Origin: Chloroflexota bacterium
GTDB taxonomy: Bacteria; Chloroflexota; Dehalococcoidia; Lucifugimonadales; Australimonadaceae
Reading direction: 5' to 3'
Length of the DNA stretch: 64,000 nt
Assembly: GCA_028874795.1 (NCBI GenBank)
Contig: JAPPHT010000008.1
Location: forward strand, 77,968 to 141,967
This document shows positions 1-8,448 of the stretch, in pieces. Numbering within the stretch: the stretch's first letter is position 1; each line of letters begins with the position of its first letter. The translations under genes were made by a program, and so were the position numbers. Under the pieces are notes generated by a model, which was given only the letters and a program-made list of their open reading frames with translations, did not search any database and was not told where the DNA came from.

Positions 1-741
1 GGCGAGGTTGCGGTGCTTGCCCGCGAACAGGCGCGCGATCTCGTACTGCGCGGTGTTCGTGTCCTGGAACTCGTCCACCATGAAGTGGATGAACCGCTCT
101 TGCCACCTGCCGAGCACCTCCGGCGCGCGGCGGAACAGCTCAACGGTGCGGCTGAGCAGGTCGTCGAAGTCAACGCCGTGGCTCCGGCCGAGAGCGGCCT
201 GATACGCCGCGAAGACCTGGGCGATGAGTCTGTCGTAAGGCCCGTCGGCCCTCGCAGCGACGGCCTCCGGTCCGAGGAGCTGAGACTTCGCCCTGCTGAT
301 CGCGGAGAGCACGGAGCGCGGCGGGAAGCGCTTGGGGTCCAACTGCAACTGCTCCATGCACTGCTTGATGAGGTTCATCTGGTCGTCGTCGTCCATGATG
401 ACGTAGTCGCGGGGGATACCGATGGCCTCGCCGTCGCGACGAAGGACCGAGGCGCAGAGCGCGTGGAACGTTCCGGCGGTGAGACGCTGCGCGCCGTCGC
501 CCATCAGGACGGCGAGCCTGCCGCGCATCTCCCTCGCCGCACGGTTCGTGAACGTCACCGCCGCGATGCGCCAGGGGCTGATGCCGACCTGCTGGTTGAG
601 ATACGCGATGCGATGGGTGATGACGCGCGTCTTGCCGGAGCCGGGCCCGGCCACGATGAGCAGCGGCCCCTCCACGCACTGGACGGCCTGGCGTTGCGGC
701 GGGTTCAGCCCTTCCAGCAATGCATCGGTGCGAGCGGTCAT
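1..741 (-). CDS. UvrD/PcrA-type SF1 DNA helicase, N-terminal 247 codons (gene runs off the left edge)
   Basis: My own reverse-strand translation from the ATG at 741 reads MTARTDALLEGLNPPQRQAVQCVEGPLLIVAGPGSGKTRVITHRIAYL...FTNRAAREM...MVDEFQDTN. It contains Walker A and motifs Ia and II. The frame is open to position 1, so the ORF is absent from the supplied track. Confidence 0.9.
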   Translation of the reverse strand, partial: MTARTDALLEGLNPPQRQAVQCVEGPLLIVAGPGSGKTRVITHRIAYLNQQVGISPWRIAAVTFTNRAAREMRGRLAVLMGDGAQRLTAGTFHALCASVLRRDGEAIGIPRDYVIMDDDDQMNLIKQCMEQLQLDPKRFPPRSVLSAISRAKSQLLGPEAVAARADGPYDRLIAQVFAAYQAALGRSHGVDFDDLLSRTVELFRRAPEVLGRWQERFIHFMVDEFQDTNTAQYEIARLFAGKHRNLA

Positions 742-953
742 GGGCTACGAACGCCGCAGAGGGCGTGGGGATTGTCGGTCAGTGTCTTGTCGATCAGCCT
801 GCGCACGGGCGGCATTGTAAGCCAGTGACCCACCGCGATGCGCGTCCCGGGTGACAGCGCGCGCCGGCATTGTGACGCACGCCGCTTGACGCACCCCCGT
901 TCCCTCCCTACGATACGTTGACGGACGACAAGCGACGAAACGAGGACACGGAG

Positions 954-1301
954 ATGACCACGACACAGCAGCCTCTTACCATCACCATCACTGAGAACGG
1001 CGCGAAGCACGTGCAGCAGTTCATGGCCGCCGAGGGCGTCGATCAGGGCGTCCTCCGCGTCGCGGTGAAGGGCGGCGGCTGCTCCGGCCTCACCTACGTG
1101 CTCGACCTCACGAACGAGGCGCAGGAAGGCGACAAGGTCATCGAGCAGAACGGCATCACGCTCGCCGTGGACCGGAAGAGCTACGTCTTCCTCGCGGGAA
1201 CCGAGCTGGACTACTCCGGCGGCCTGAACGGCAAGGGGTTCGTCTTCAACAACCCCAACGCCAAGAAGGCGTGCGGCTGCGGCACCTCTTTCTCCGTCTA
1301 G
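954..1301 (+). CDS. A-type iron-sulfur cluster carrier (IscA/ErpA/HesB family)
   Basis: The ORF 918..1301 has the C-terminal CGCGTSF motif and the KGGGCSG motif. I prefer the ATG at 954 because GAGGA lies 8 nt upstream and the resulting length (115 aa) fits the family. Confidence 0.85.
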   Translation: MTTTQQPLTITITENGAKHVQQFMAAEGVDQGVLRVAVKGGGCSGLTYVLDLTNEAQEGDKVIEQNGITLAVDRKSYVFLAGTELDYSGGLNGKGFVFNNPNAKKACGCGTSFSV

Positions 1302-1337
1302 CCGCAGTATTGCCACGCACCGAGCTTCACGCTTCCC

Positions 1338-1346
1338 TGTTATGCT
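1338..1346 (+). promoter_or_regulatory. Extended -10 promoter (TGtTATGCT) 6 nt upstream of the ygfZ ATG; implies a leaderless mRNA
   Basis: The sequence reads cccTGtTATGCTcacgccATG. The same pattern occurs at six other genes (see findings). Confidence 0.5.
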
Positions 1347-1352
1347 CACGCC

Positions 1353-2318
1353 ATGGGCATCGACGTCACAGCGCTCGCCGCGCTCACCGAACGCGCCGGC
1401 TTCACCGATCGCAGCGATCGCGGCCGGCTCTGGATCGCGGGCGCGGACGCGCTCGACCTCCTCAACCGCCTGACGACCAACAAGCTCGAAACACTGCCCG
1501 ACGGCACGGCGCGCTCTACAGTGCTCACGAACGGCGACGCCCGCGTGCTGGACCACCTGCGCCTCGCGGCGGTGGACGGCGGCATGTGGTGCCTCACGAG
1601 CCCAGGCAGGGCTGAGGACGTCGCTGACTGGACCGACCTCTACACCTTCGGTGAGGAGATCACGGTCGCGGACAGGAGCGAGGAGACCGCGCAATTCACG
1701 GTCGCGGGCCCGCTGGCTGGGGACGCTCTCGCGAGGGCGGGTTTCCCTGTTCCACCGCCCGACGGTGTGCTTTCGGTGGGGGATGGGGCGGTCGTCGCCT
1801 CGCCGTTCGGGACGCACCCCGCCTACGACATCCTGCTGCCGCTCGCCGCCGCTGACGGCGTCGGGAGATCCCTCCGGGAGATTGCGAACGAGGTGGACGC
1901 AGCCACGTTCGATGCGTATCGGATCGCGCAGGGCGTGCCCGCCTACGACTCGGAGTTCGGAGCGTTCAACAACCCGCTGGAGGCGCGGCTGCTCGGCTCC
2001 ATCAGCGACGACAAGGGCTGCTACACAGGCCAGGAGGTCATCGCGCGACTCCAGACGTACCGCAAGGTGCAACGGCTGCTCATGTCGTTCACGTCGGATG
2101 CTCCCGCAGTGGCAGGCGACGCGCTGGAAGCGGAGGACGGCTCGCCTGCGGGCGCTGTCACGTCGGCCTTCGATACCGGCGACGGCCGCACGCGGGGGCT
2201 TGCGCTCGTTGCGGCGAAGCACCTCAGCGCGGACTCCTCGCTGCGCCTCGCTGGGGGCGGCTCGCTCACCCTGTCCGAGCCTGCATACGCGCTGGCTACG
2301 GAGCCCGTCGAGGCGTAG
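1353..2318 (+). CDS. ygfZ: YgfZ/CAF17 folate-binding Fe-S cluster repair protein (GcvT-like fold)
   Basis: 321 aa. Carries the signature KGCYTGQE motif near the C-terminal third and a GcvT-like N-terminal region. It lies adjacent to the IscA-family gene. Confidence 0.8.
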   Translation: MGIDVTALAALTERAGFTDRSDRGRLWIAGADALDLLNRLTTNKLETLPDGTARSTVLTNGDARVLDHLRLAAVDGGMWCLTSPGRAEDVADWTDLYTFGEEITVADRSEETAQFTVAGPLAGDALARAGFPVPPPDGVLSVGDGAVVASPFGTHPAYDILLPLAAADGVGRSLREIANEVDAATFDAYRIAQGVPAYDSEFGAFNNPLEARLLGSISDDKGCYTGQEVIARLQTYRKVQRLLMSFTSDAPAVAGDALEAEDGSPAGAVTSAFDTGDGRTRGLALVAAKHLSADSSLRLAGGGSLTLSEPAYALATEPVEA

Positions 2319-2339
2319 TGCAGTCCGTGGACGATGTGC

Positions 2340-2870
2340 TCAGGCGCCCCGTCTGAACCAGTGCACGCCCATCCGTCCAAGTGTGTCGCCTTTGCCCAAT
2401 TGGTAGCGGACGACGCCTGCAACGTGGACCACCAGCAGCGCGATGAATACCTTGGAGAGCAAGTTGTGCGCCATGCGGGGCGGCACGTCCTCGACGTCAG
2501 CGGGAACGATACTGCCGGGAGCAAGGGCTATCCCGCTGAACGCCAGCATGGCGATTCCGCTCCCCAGGAGCGCAATGAGCAGTGCATAGAGAAGGACGTG
2601 GGTCCCGATGAACGCCCGCTCGTTCACCCGCGACAGCCCGGGCGGCGGCGAAGGCCAGCGATGCACGGCGAGCGCCACGAGACGGAGAGCGGTCAGCACG
2701 AGCGTACCGATGCCCATGGCAACATGCGCGTTGTAGAGCGTCTCCTGCGCTTCGCCCTCGCCGATCCGGGTCATCGCCAGCCCCAGCGCCAGCATCCCCA
2801 GGATCAGCAACGCGCTTGCCCAGTGCAATATCTGCGTGATGGGGTTGTACGCGGATCGGCCCTCGCTCAT
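2340..2870 (-). CDS. Cytochrome b561 family membrane protein (CybB-like)
   Basis: 176 aa with four hydrophobic helices. Has the N-terminal ITQILHW motif and conserved His residues typical of bacterial cytochrome b561. Confidence 0.7.
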   Translation of the reverse strand: MSEGRSAYNPITQILHWASALLILGMLALGLAMTRIGEGEAQETLYNAHVAMGIGTLVLTALRLVALAVHRWPSPPPGLSRVNERAFIGTHVLLYALLIALLGSGIAMLAFSGIALAPGSIVPADVEDVPPRMAHNLLSKVFIALLVVHVAGVVRYQLGKGDTLGRMGVHWFRRGA

Positions 2871-2878
2871 CGCAGCCC

Positions 2879-3643
2879 CTACCCCAGGTAGAAGTACTTG
2901 AACGACTCCGCGTAGGGGATGCCCTTCTGGGAGCCGCGGTCCTTCAGCCAGCCCCGGAGACGCTCCCCGAACTCCCGCTCCTCGTCGGATGGCTCGCCGC
3001 CGCCGTTGGTTGGGGCGAACCGCATCTGGCTGGCGTGCGCCTTGAGTGCGCTTATCTTCTTCTCCACCGTACCGGTCACGTCGAAATAGACGTCCGCGAT
3101 ATCGTCGCGAGCGCCAAGGTAGACGTGCTCCACGATGTGCGCGTCCAACCCCTCGTTGAGCGCGAGCTCCGGGAACATGTGGACGTCGCGCGCCGACGGG
3201 AACACCGCATCAAGCGTCGCGTCGCCCGTGTTCCGGTGGTCGGGGTGGTTGATGTAGTGGCCGGACCAGCGCACCGTGGGGTTCTGCGTGATCACTGCGC
3301 TCGGCTTGTGTTTGCGGATGAGGCGGACGATGTCCTTCCGCAGCTCCAGCGTATTCTCCACCATGCCGTCCTCGTAGCGGAGGAACTCCACCTTCGTCAC
3401 GCCGAGTATGCGGCACACCTCCCGCTGCTCCTCCTCGCGCAGCGCCGCCAGCTCCGACGGCACCACGGTTGGGTCGGACGTGCCCTTGTCGCCGGACGTC
3501 ACGAGGGCGTAGACGACCTCCTTCCCCTCCGATGTCCACCGAGCGACGCTCGCGGCGCACATGAACTCGGCATCGTCCGGGTGCGCAACGACAACCAGTA
3601 TCTTGTCCCCCGGCCCTGCGTGGTCTTCCGGCCAGTCCGTCAT
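2879..3643 (-). CDS. PIG-L/LmbE family N-acetylglucosaminyl deacetylase
   Basis: Carries the VVVAHPDDAEF and HPDH motifs of the PIG-L family. Start placed at MTDWPE (ATG 3643), which overlaps the fabG stop by 1 nt. The upstream 27 codons of the track ORF are Arg/Gly-rich and look non-coding. Confidence 0.8.
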   Translation of the reverse strand: MTDWPEDHAGPGDKILVVVAHPDDAEFMCAASVARWTSEGKEVVYALVTSGDKGTSDPTVVPSELAALREEEQREVCRILGVTKVEFLRYEDGMVENTLELRKDIVRLIRKHKPSAVITQNPTVRWSGHYINHPDHRNTGDATLDAVFPSARDVHMFPELALNEGLDAHIVEHVYLGARDDIADVYFDVTGTVEKKISALKAHASQMRFAPTNGGGEPSDEEREFGERLRGWLKDRGSQKGIPYAESFKYFYLG

Positions 3644-4389
3644 TACAGTCCCAGACCTCCGTCTATGCTGAGCACCTGCCCCGTGATGTACGCGGCGTCC
3701 GCGCTCACCAGGAAGGCGACGCAACCCGCCACGTCCTCCGGCGTGCCGAACGCCCCGAGCGGTATGCGCTCGCGTATCTGGGCCTGCAGGTCTTCCGGTA
3801 TCGAATCGACCATCTGCGTCGCGATGAAGCCCGGCGCGATGGCGTTCACCGTGATACCGCGCGACGCGACCTCCCGGGCAACCGTTCGCGTGAAGCCGAT
3901 CAGGCCGGCCTTCGCGGCAGTGTAGTTCGCCTGACCCGGATTGCCCGTGAGCGCCACCACCGACGACATATTGACGATCCGACCGGAGCGTTGGCGCAGC
4001 ATCGGGCGGATCGCCGCTTTCGTGCAGAGGAACACGCCCTTCAGGTTGGTGTCGATGACCGCGTCCCAGTCTTCCTCAGAGAGGCGCATGAGCAGGTTGT
4101 CGCGCGTGATGCCCGCATTGTTCACGAGGACGTCCAGCCCGCCGAGCGCTCCCACCGCCGCCTCCACCAGCGCCTCGGCCTGCGCGGCGTCAGCAACGTT
4201 GCCCTGCAACGTGACGGCGCTGCCGCCTGCGGCCACGATCTCTGCCGCGACGGCTTCAGCTTCATCCCTGCCGGAGTTGTAGTTCAGTGCGACGCTCGCC
4301 CCTTCCGAGGCAAGCCGCAGCGCGACCGCTCGTCCTATGCCCCGGCTCGCGCCCGTGACCAGCGCACGCTGACCGCTAAGCCTGCTCAC
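3643..4389 (-). CDS. fabG: 3-oxoacyl-ACP reductase (classical SDR)
   Basis: Contains TGASRGIG, NNAG and YxxxK (YTAAKAG), with a FabG-like C-terminus (ITGQVLSIDGGL). The likely start is GTG 4389, overlapping the plsX stop. The track ORF extends to ATG 4431. Confidence 0.85.
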   Translation of the reverse strand: MSRLSGQRALVTGASRGIGRAVALRLASEGASVALNYNSGRDEAEAVAAEIVAAGGSAVTLQGNVADAAQAEALVEAAVGALGGLDVLVNNAGITRDNLLMRLSEEDWDAVIDTNLKGVFLCTKAAIRPMLRQRSGRIVNMSSVVALTGNPGQANYTAAKAGLIGFTRTVAREVASRGITVNAIAPGFIATQMVDSIPEDLQAQIRERIPLGAFGTPEDVAGCVAFLVSADAAYITGQVLSIDGGLGL

Positions 4390-5377
4390 TGCCGACCTCC
4401 GCGCGGACGAGCGCCTGCGCGAGGTCGTCACGCATCGTCTCTATCAGATTGCGGTCGAGCGCGAAGCACGCCAGCCCCACGGAGCGTGCGATGCTCTCCG
4501 CACTCGAGCGCCCATGCCCCGCGATGACGACGCCGTTCACGCCGAAGAGCGGACCGCCGCCGCCTTCCGCCATAGACGCCAGGCCCGCTATCGCCTGCAC
4601 CGCGGGGCTGTCCGCCCCCAGGCGGGACGCCAGATAGTGCCCCGCCGCCGCCGCGAGCCCTTCCGTGTACTTCAACAGCACGTTGCCCACGAACCCGTCG
4701 CACACGAGCACGTCCGCCTTGTCCGCGAATATCTCGTGCCCTTCCACGTTCCCCACGAAATTGAGGCCGCTGGCCCGGAAGAGCGGGAACGCCTCCTGTA
4801 CCTGCTTGTTCCCCTTCCCATCCTCCGAGCCGACGCTCAGCAGGCCAACACGCGGCGATTCCTTGCCGTGGTAGACGCGTTCGAACGACGCGCCGAGCGC
4901 GCCGAAGCTGAGCATCTGAGCGGGCTTGCAGTCAACGTTCGCCCCCAGGTCGATGATCGTCGTCTCCGGCGCGAGGCCGATGAACGGCCCACCGAGGGTC
5001 GGACGCTCCAGTCCCGGAAACATCCCCAGGGCGAGGACAGCAGCCGCCATCGTCCCGCCCGTCGAACCCATGCTGATCGCGGCGTGCGCCTGCCCGCTCT
5101 TCACCATTCCCACCGCAACGGCTATGGAGGCTCGCGGCTTACTCAGCAGCGCACGCGCCGGGGCCTCCTCCTCCGAGACAACGCCTTCCGACGGCACCAC
5201 CTGAACACCCAGGCCGCTCGTATCGTGCTTCCCGAGTTCCGCTGAGACAGCAGCTTCGTCGCCAACCAGAGCGATCGCGGCGTCGTGTTCTCGCGCGGCG
5301 ATGACCGCGGCCTCAACCGGGACCGCCGGCGCAAGGTCGCCGCCCATCACGTCCAGTGCGATCGTGTACTTCGCCAA
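4376..5377 (-). CDS. plsX: Phosphate acyltransferase PlsX
   Basis: 333 aa, full-length PlsX pattern: IALDVMGGD..., ISMGSTGG, DGFVGNVLLK. Confidence 0.9.
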   Translation of the reverse strand: MAKYTIALDVMGGDLAPAVPVEAAVIAAREHDAAIALVGDEAAVSAELGKHDTSGLGVQVVPSEGVVSEEEAPARALLSKPRASIAVAVGMVKSGQAHAAISMGSTGGTMAAAVLALGMFPGLERPTLGGPFIGLAPETTIIDLGANVDCKPAQMLSFGALGASFERVYHGKESPRVGLLSVGSEDGKGNKQVQEAFPLFRASGLNFVGNVEGHEIFADKADVLVCDGFVGNVLLKYTEGLAAAAGHYLASRLGADSPAVQAIAGLASMAEGGGGPLFGVNGVVIAGHGRSSAESIARSVGLACFALDRNLIETMRDDLAQALVRAEVGSEQA

Positions 5378-5395
5378 GTCCAGCTCCTTCGCCGA

Positions 5396-5788
5396 TCAGG
5401 CGTCCAGCGTCACCGACGCCTCACCGGTGATTACGTTCTCGCCTCCCTCGTTCGTCACCGCCACGTCGTACGTGGCCGTGGCCCCGTCCGACCCCTTCAG
5501 CGTTCCGGTCGCGCGCACGGTGTCGCCGGGGAACACCGGCGCGCGGAAGCGCGTCTTGAGCCTCCCCCCGCGCAGCCATGCTTCCCGGAACGAGCCCGTC
5601 ATCAACTCCGACACCAGCGCCAGCACGAGCATACCGTGCGCGATGGTCCTGCCGTAGGGCGTGCCCCGCGCGAACTCCTCGTCCAGGTGCAGCGGGTTGT
5701 GGTCGCCGCTGGCGTCCGCATACTCTACCAACCGCTCCTGCGTTATGCGGCGTTCCACAGGCGCAAGCGTGGCCGGCGCGCCGCTCAT
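5396..5788 (-). CDS. MaoC-like (R)-specific enoyl/hydroxyacyl dehydratase, catalytic hot-dog subunit
   Basis: Carries the hydratase-2 motif YADASGDHNPLHLDEEFA. 130 aa, single hot-dog fold. Confidence 0.8.
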   Translation of the reverse strand: MSGAPATLAPVERRITQERLVEYADASGDHNPLHLDEEFARGTPYGRTIAHGMLVLALVSELMTGSFREAWLRGGRLKTRFRAPVFPGDTVRATGTLKGSDGATATYDVAVTNEGGENVITGEASVTLDA

Positions 5789-6180
5789 CCGTCCGCCTCC
5801 GGGACGGCCAGGGCCGCCCTGCCCTCCACTGCCGGCTGTCCGTCCAGTTCGCCGCGCAGGTCCAGCGTCAGGAAGCGCGTCCCGCGCCGCACGCTGTTCG
5901 CCGCGACGGTCGCGGAGCAGCGCACCGCTGAGTCCACCGTAACGGGGCGGGAGAACGTCAACTCCTGCCCCGTATGCACTGTGCCGGCGGGAAGGCTCAC
6001 CGCCTCCATCGCCTCAGCCATCACCAGCGCGGCGACGGCCATGGGCGGGACCAGCCCTTCCTCGGCATACAGAGCGCACTCGTCGCCAACGGCCCGGGTG
6101 TAGGCATCGGCCATCGAGGCAGTGATGACGATATCGCGGTCGACGAGCGGGTCGCCGGGTTCCAGTGTGCTGAGGTCCAT
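5785..6180 (-). CDS. Hot-dog fold protein, non-catalytic partner of the MaoC dehydratase (HadA-like)
   Basis: 131 aa. Its stop overlaps the downstream ATG by 4 nt (ATGA). It lacks the hydratase motif but has hot-dog length and pattern. Confidence 0.6.
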   Translation of the reverse strand: MDLSTLEPGDPLVDRDIVITASMADAYTRAVGDECALYAEEGLVPPMAVAALVMAEAMEAVSLPAGTVHTGQELTFSRPVTVDSAVRCSATVAANSVRRGTRFLTLDLRGELDGQPAVEGRAALAVPEADG

Positions 6181-6227
6181 CGTGTGTGCTTTCTGCGCCG
6201 CGGCCGGTGGCGCACGGCAGTTGGCAG

Positions 6228-6233
6228 ATTATA
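6228..6233 (-). promoter_or_regulatory. Perfect -10 hexamer TATAAT upstream of the hot-dog/plsX/fabG operon
   Basis: The reverse strand reads gcgttcTATAATctgcc, about 48 nt upstream of the ATG at 6180, in an AT-rich spot of a GC-rich intergenic region. Confidence 0.4.
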
Positions 6234-6309
6234 GAACGCCTCACAAGTACGCGTTCTCAGTTGAGGAACGAGAAACGATGTGTGGTAACGTTGAGTACAA
6301 GGAACTGAC

Positions 6310-6954
6310 TTGCAACCCTCCCCACTCCCCTCCAGGCGTACTGGCGCCGCCCTCCTGACCTTCCTCCTGGCCATCGGTCTGTTCGCGGCATGCAGCGAAG
6401 CGCCGACGCCGACCCCGGTACCGACCGCAACACCTGCGCCAACCGCCACGCCAACGGCGACTCCTGCTCCTACCCCTACACCTACACCTACACCTACACC
6501 AACGCCAACGCCGGCGCCGGCCCCAACCCCGACGCCAACGGCTGAGCCCGCTCCAACTCCCACCTCCGCTAAAGCCGCCGCCGACTACACGGAGGAGGAA
6601 CTCGTAGAAGCCGCTCAGGCCATGCTGAGCGGTTTCTTGGAGGCTGTCTCCGCTACGCCGCCCGACTTCGAAGCGGCCCAGGCGCTGTACGCAGAGGTCT
6701 GTACGCCCAGCACAGAGGAGATCGCCAACGCCGTAGAGACCCTGGGCAACGCATTTCTGGGTGAGTTCTCCATACACGTGCTTGCCGCAACAAGGCTGTC
6801 CGGACGAGACGACGCTGTTGTCCTCTTGTCCGTCCCTCAACTCGATGGTCAGCCCATCTCAGGAGCAACACACTCGCTCATGGTGTTCGAGAACGGGCGC
6901 TGGGTGGACGCCGATTGCGAGGCGGCCAGAGCGCTCGTCATGAGCGACGGATAG
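6310..6954 (+). CDS. Lipoprotein with (Thr-Pro)n linker, function unknown
   Basis: TTG start with AAGGA 6 nt upstream. Signal peptide ends in the lipobox LFAAC. A TP-rich linker of about 55 aa precedes a globular C-terminal domain. Confidence 0.7.
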   Translation: MQPSPLPSRRTGAALLTFLLAIGLFAACSEAPTPTPVPTATPAPTATPTATPAPTPTPTPTPTPTPTPAPAPTPTPTAEPAPTPTSAKAAADYTEEELVEAAQAMLSGFLEAVSATPPDFEAAQALYAEVCTPSTEEIANAVETLGNAFLGEFSIHVLAATRLSGRDDAVVLLSVPQLDGQPISGATHSLMVFENGRWVDADCEAARALVMSDG

Positions 6955-6976
6955 TCCCTCGACCACCCCATTCGCG

Positions 6977-7005
6977 TTGACGCGCGAGGCCGTGTCCCCT
7001 ACCCT
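6977..7005 (+). promoter_or_regulatory. Candidate promoter of tRNA-Lys (-35 TTGACG, 17-bp spacer, -10 TACCCT)
   Basis: The hexamers and spacing were read directly from the sequence. The -10 ends 9 nt before the mature tRNA 5' end. Confidence 0.45.
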
Positions 7006-7014
7006 GAAAGAAGT

Positions 7015-7091
<77 letters not shown>

Positions 7092-7598
7092 GGAATCTCC
7101 GCCCTTACCCTCGTGTGGGCAGGTTGAGCGGTTTCCTTAATCACCCCCCATTTGCTTTCCGGAGACATCGTCAGGTCATGTGACTACCTGGCTGGCGCGG
7201 AACATCGTGGGCGATGCTTATCCCCGCGTGTACTGTATGGCGCGCTCTCCGGTAGGAGTGACGTTCCAGCCCGTGCCCGGATGACCGCGCCCGCCGAACG
7301 CCGCTTGTCCGGCCGGTCCAACTGATCACTTCGACTGGCTCGCTGATCGGGACCGGCGTCATCCGGCTCAATCGTGCCGCACCTGAGGATAGTTACAAAT
7401 ACTCACAGAAAACCGGGCATAAAGTTACGCAACGGTAACGCACATGCTGTTAGTGTGCGGTCTTGCTGCATTCGAGGCGCCTCACGCCGGCAACTCCTCC
7501 GCATCCACGTTCTCCCCTGTTCACGTCCGGTCGGTCGTTGCGCCGGTGGCCTCCGCGCCGCGTTGCGCTTGTCTGCAGAGTTGGAGGAGGGTAGGAGA

Positions 7599-8444
7599 TT
7601 GACTGAACAAACGTCGGGGACCCCCGACTACACGATGGGCTTCAGCGAAGAGATCCTCGAAGCTCTTCGCCGAGGCACCGCCGAAGCCAACTCCGCATTC
7701 CTGTTGCCGCACCTCAGGCCGGGTCTCCGCGTTCTCGACGTCGGCTGCGGGCCCGGCACCATATCGGTCGGCCTGGCCGAGGCGGTGGAGCCGGGCGAGT
7801 TGCACGGCGTTGACATGGAGGAGTCGCAGGTCGAACTGGCGAGGGCCGTCGCGGCGTCGCGCCGGCAGGAGAACGCCGTCTTCCACGTTGGTGACGTGCT
7901 CGCCCTGCCCTTCGAGGACGATTTCTTCGACGTGGCCCACTGCCACAACGTGCTGATGCACGTTCCGGACACGCGCGCGGCGCTCACGGAGGTGAAGCGC
8001 GTCCTGAAGCCGGGCGGCCTCATCGGGTGCCGGGAGATGATCGGCGAGTCGTCCTTCGCCTACCCGGACTTCGGCGTCACGAGGAACGCGTGGGACATGT
8101 TCGAGGACCTGCTCGCAGCCGACGACGGCCATCCCCAGTTGGGGAAGGAGCTGAAGGGCCACGTCCTGGAAGCGGGGTTCACCAACGTGCGTGTGTCCGC
8201 CTCATGGGACATCTACAGCACGCCCGATGACATCGCCTTCATCTACGGAGTCGTCAACAACTGGTTCCTGTCCCCGGAGGTCACGGAAGCGGCCATCAAG
8301 TACGGGGCGGCGACCAGGGAGCTGTGCGACAGGATCGCCGACGCCTACAGCAGGTGGAAGGACAGTCCTGGCGCGGTGTTCGGCGTCGCCTATGGCGAGA
8401 TCGTGGCGGGCAAGCCCTGGGCCACAGAGAGACACGCAGGATAG
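7599..8444 (+). CDS. Class I SAM-dependent methyltransferase (copy 1 of a tandem pair)
   Basis: Carries SAM motif I VLDVGCGPG and the Methyltransf_11-like block DVAHCHNVLMHVPD. I place the start at TTG 7599 (GGAGG upstream) because it aligns with the MTEQTPGTPDYTMGF start of copy 2. The upstream part of track ORF 7374.. looks non-coding. Confidence 0.8.
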   Translation: MTEQTSGTPDYTMGFSEEILEALRRGTAEANSAFLLPHLRPGLRVLDVGCGPGTISVGLAEAVEPGELHGVDMEESQVELARAVAASRRQENAVFHVGDVLALPFEDDFFDVAHCHNVLMHVPDTRAALTEVKRVLKPGGLIGCREMIGESSFAYPDFGVTRNAWDMFEDLLAADDGHPQLGKELKGHVLEAGFTNVRVSASWDIYSTPDDIAFIYGVVNNWFLSPEVTEAAIKYGAATRELCDRIADAYSRWKDSPGAVFGVAYGEIVAGKPWATERHAG

Positions 8445-8448
8445 CCGG

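Noticed and set aside
738-2222. A 494-aa minus-strand ORF
   Set aside because: It is antisense to the IscA-family and ygfZ genes, both of which carry clear family signatures, and it is itself low-complexity.
7171-7371. A 66-aa minus-strand ORF downstream of tRNA-Lys, considered as a possible integrase remnant or small protein
   Set aside because: It has no ribosome-binding site, no recognisable motif and an Arg/Ser/His-rich composition. It is treated as non-coding.
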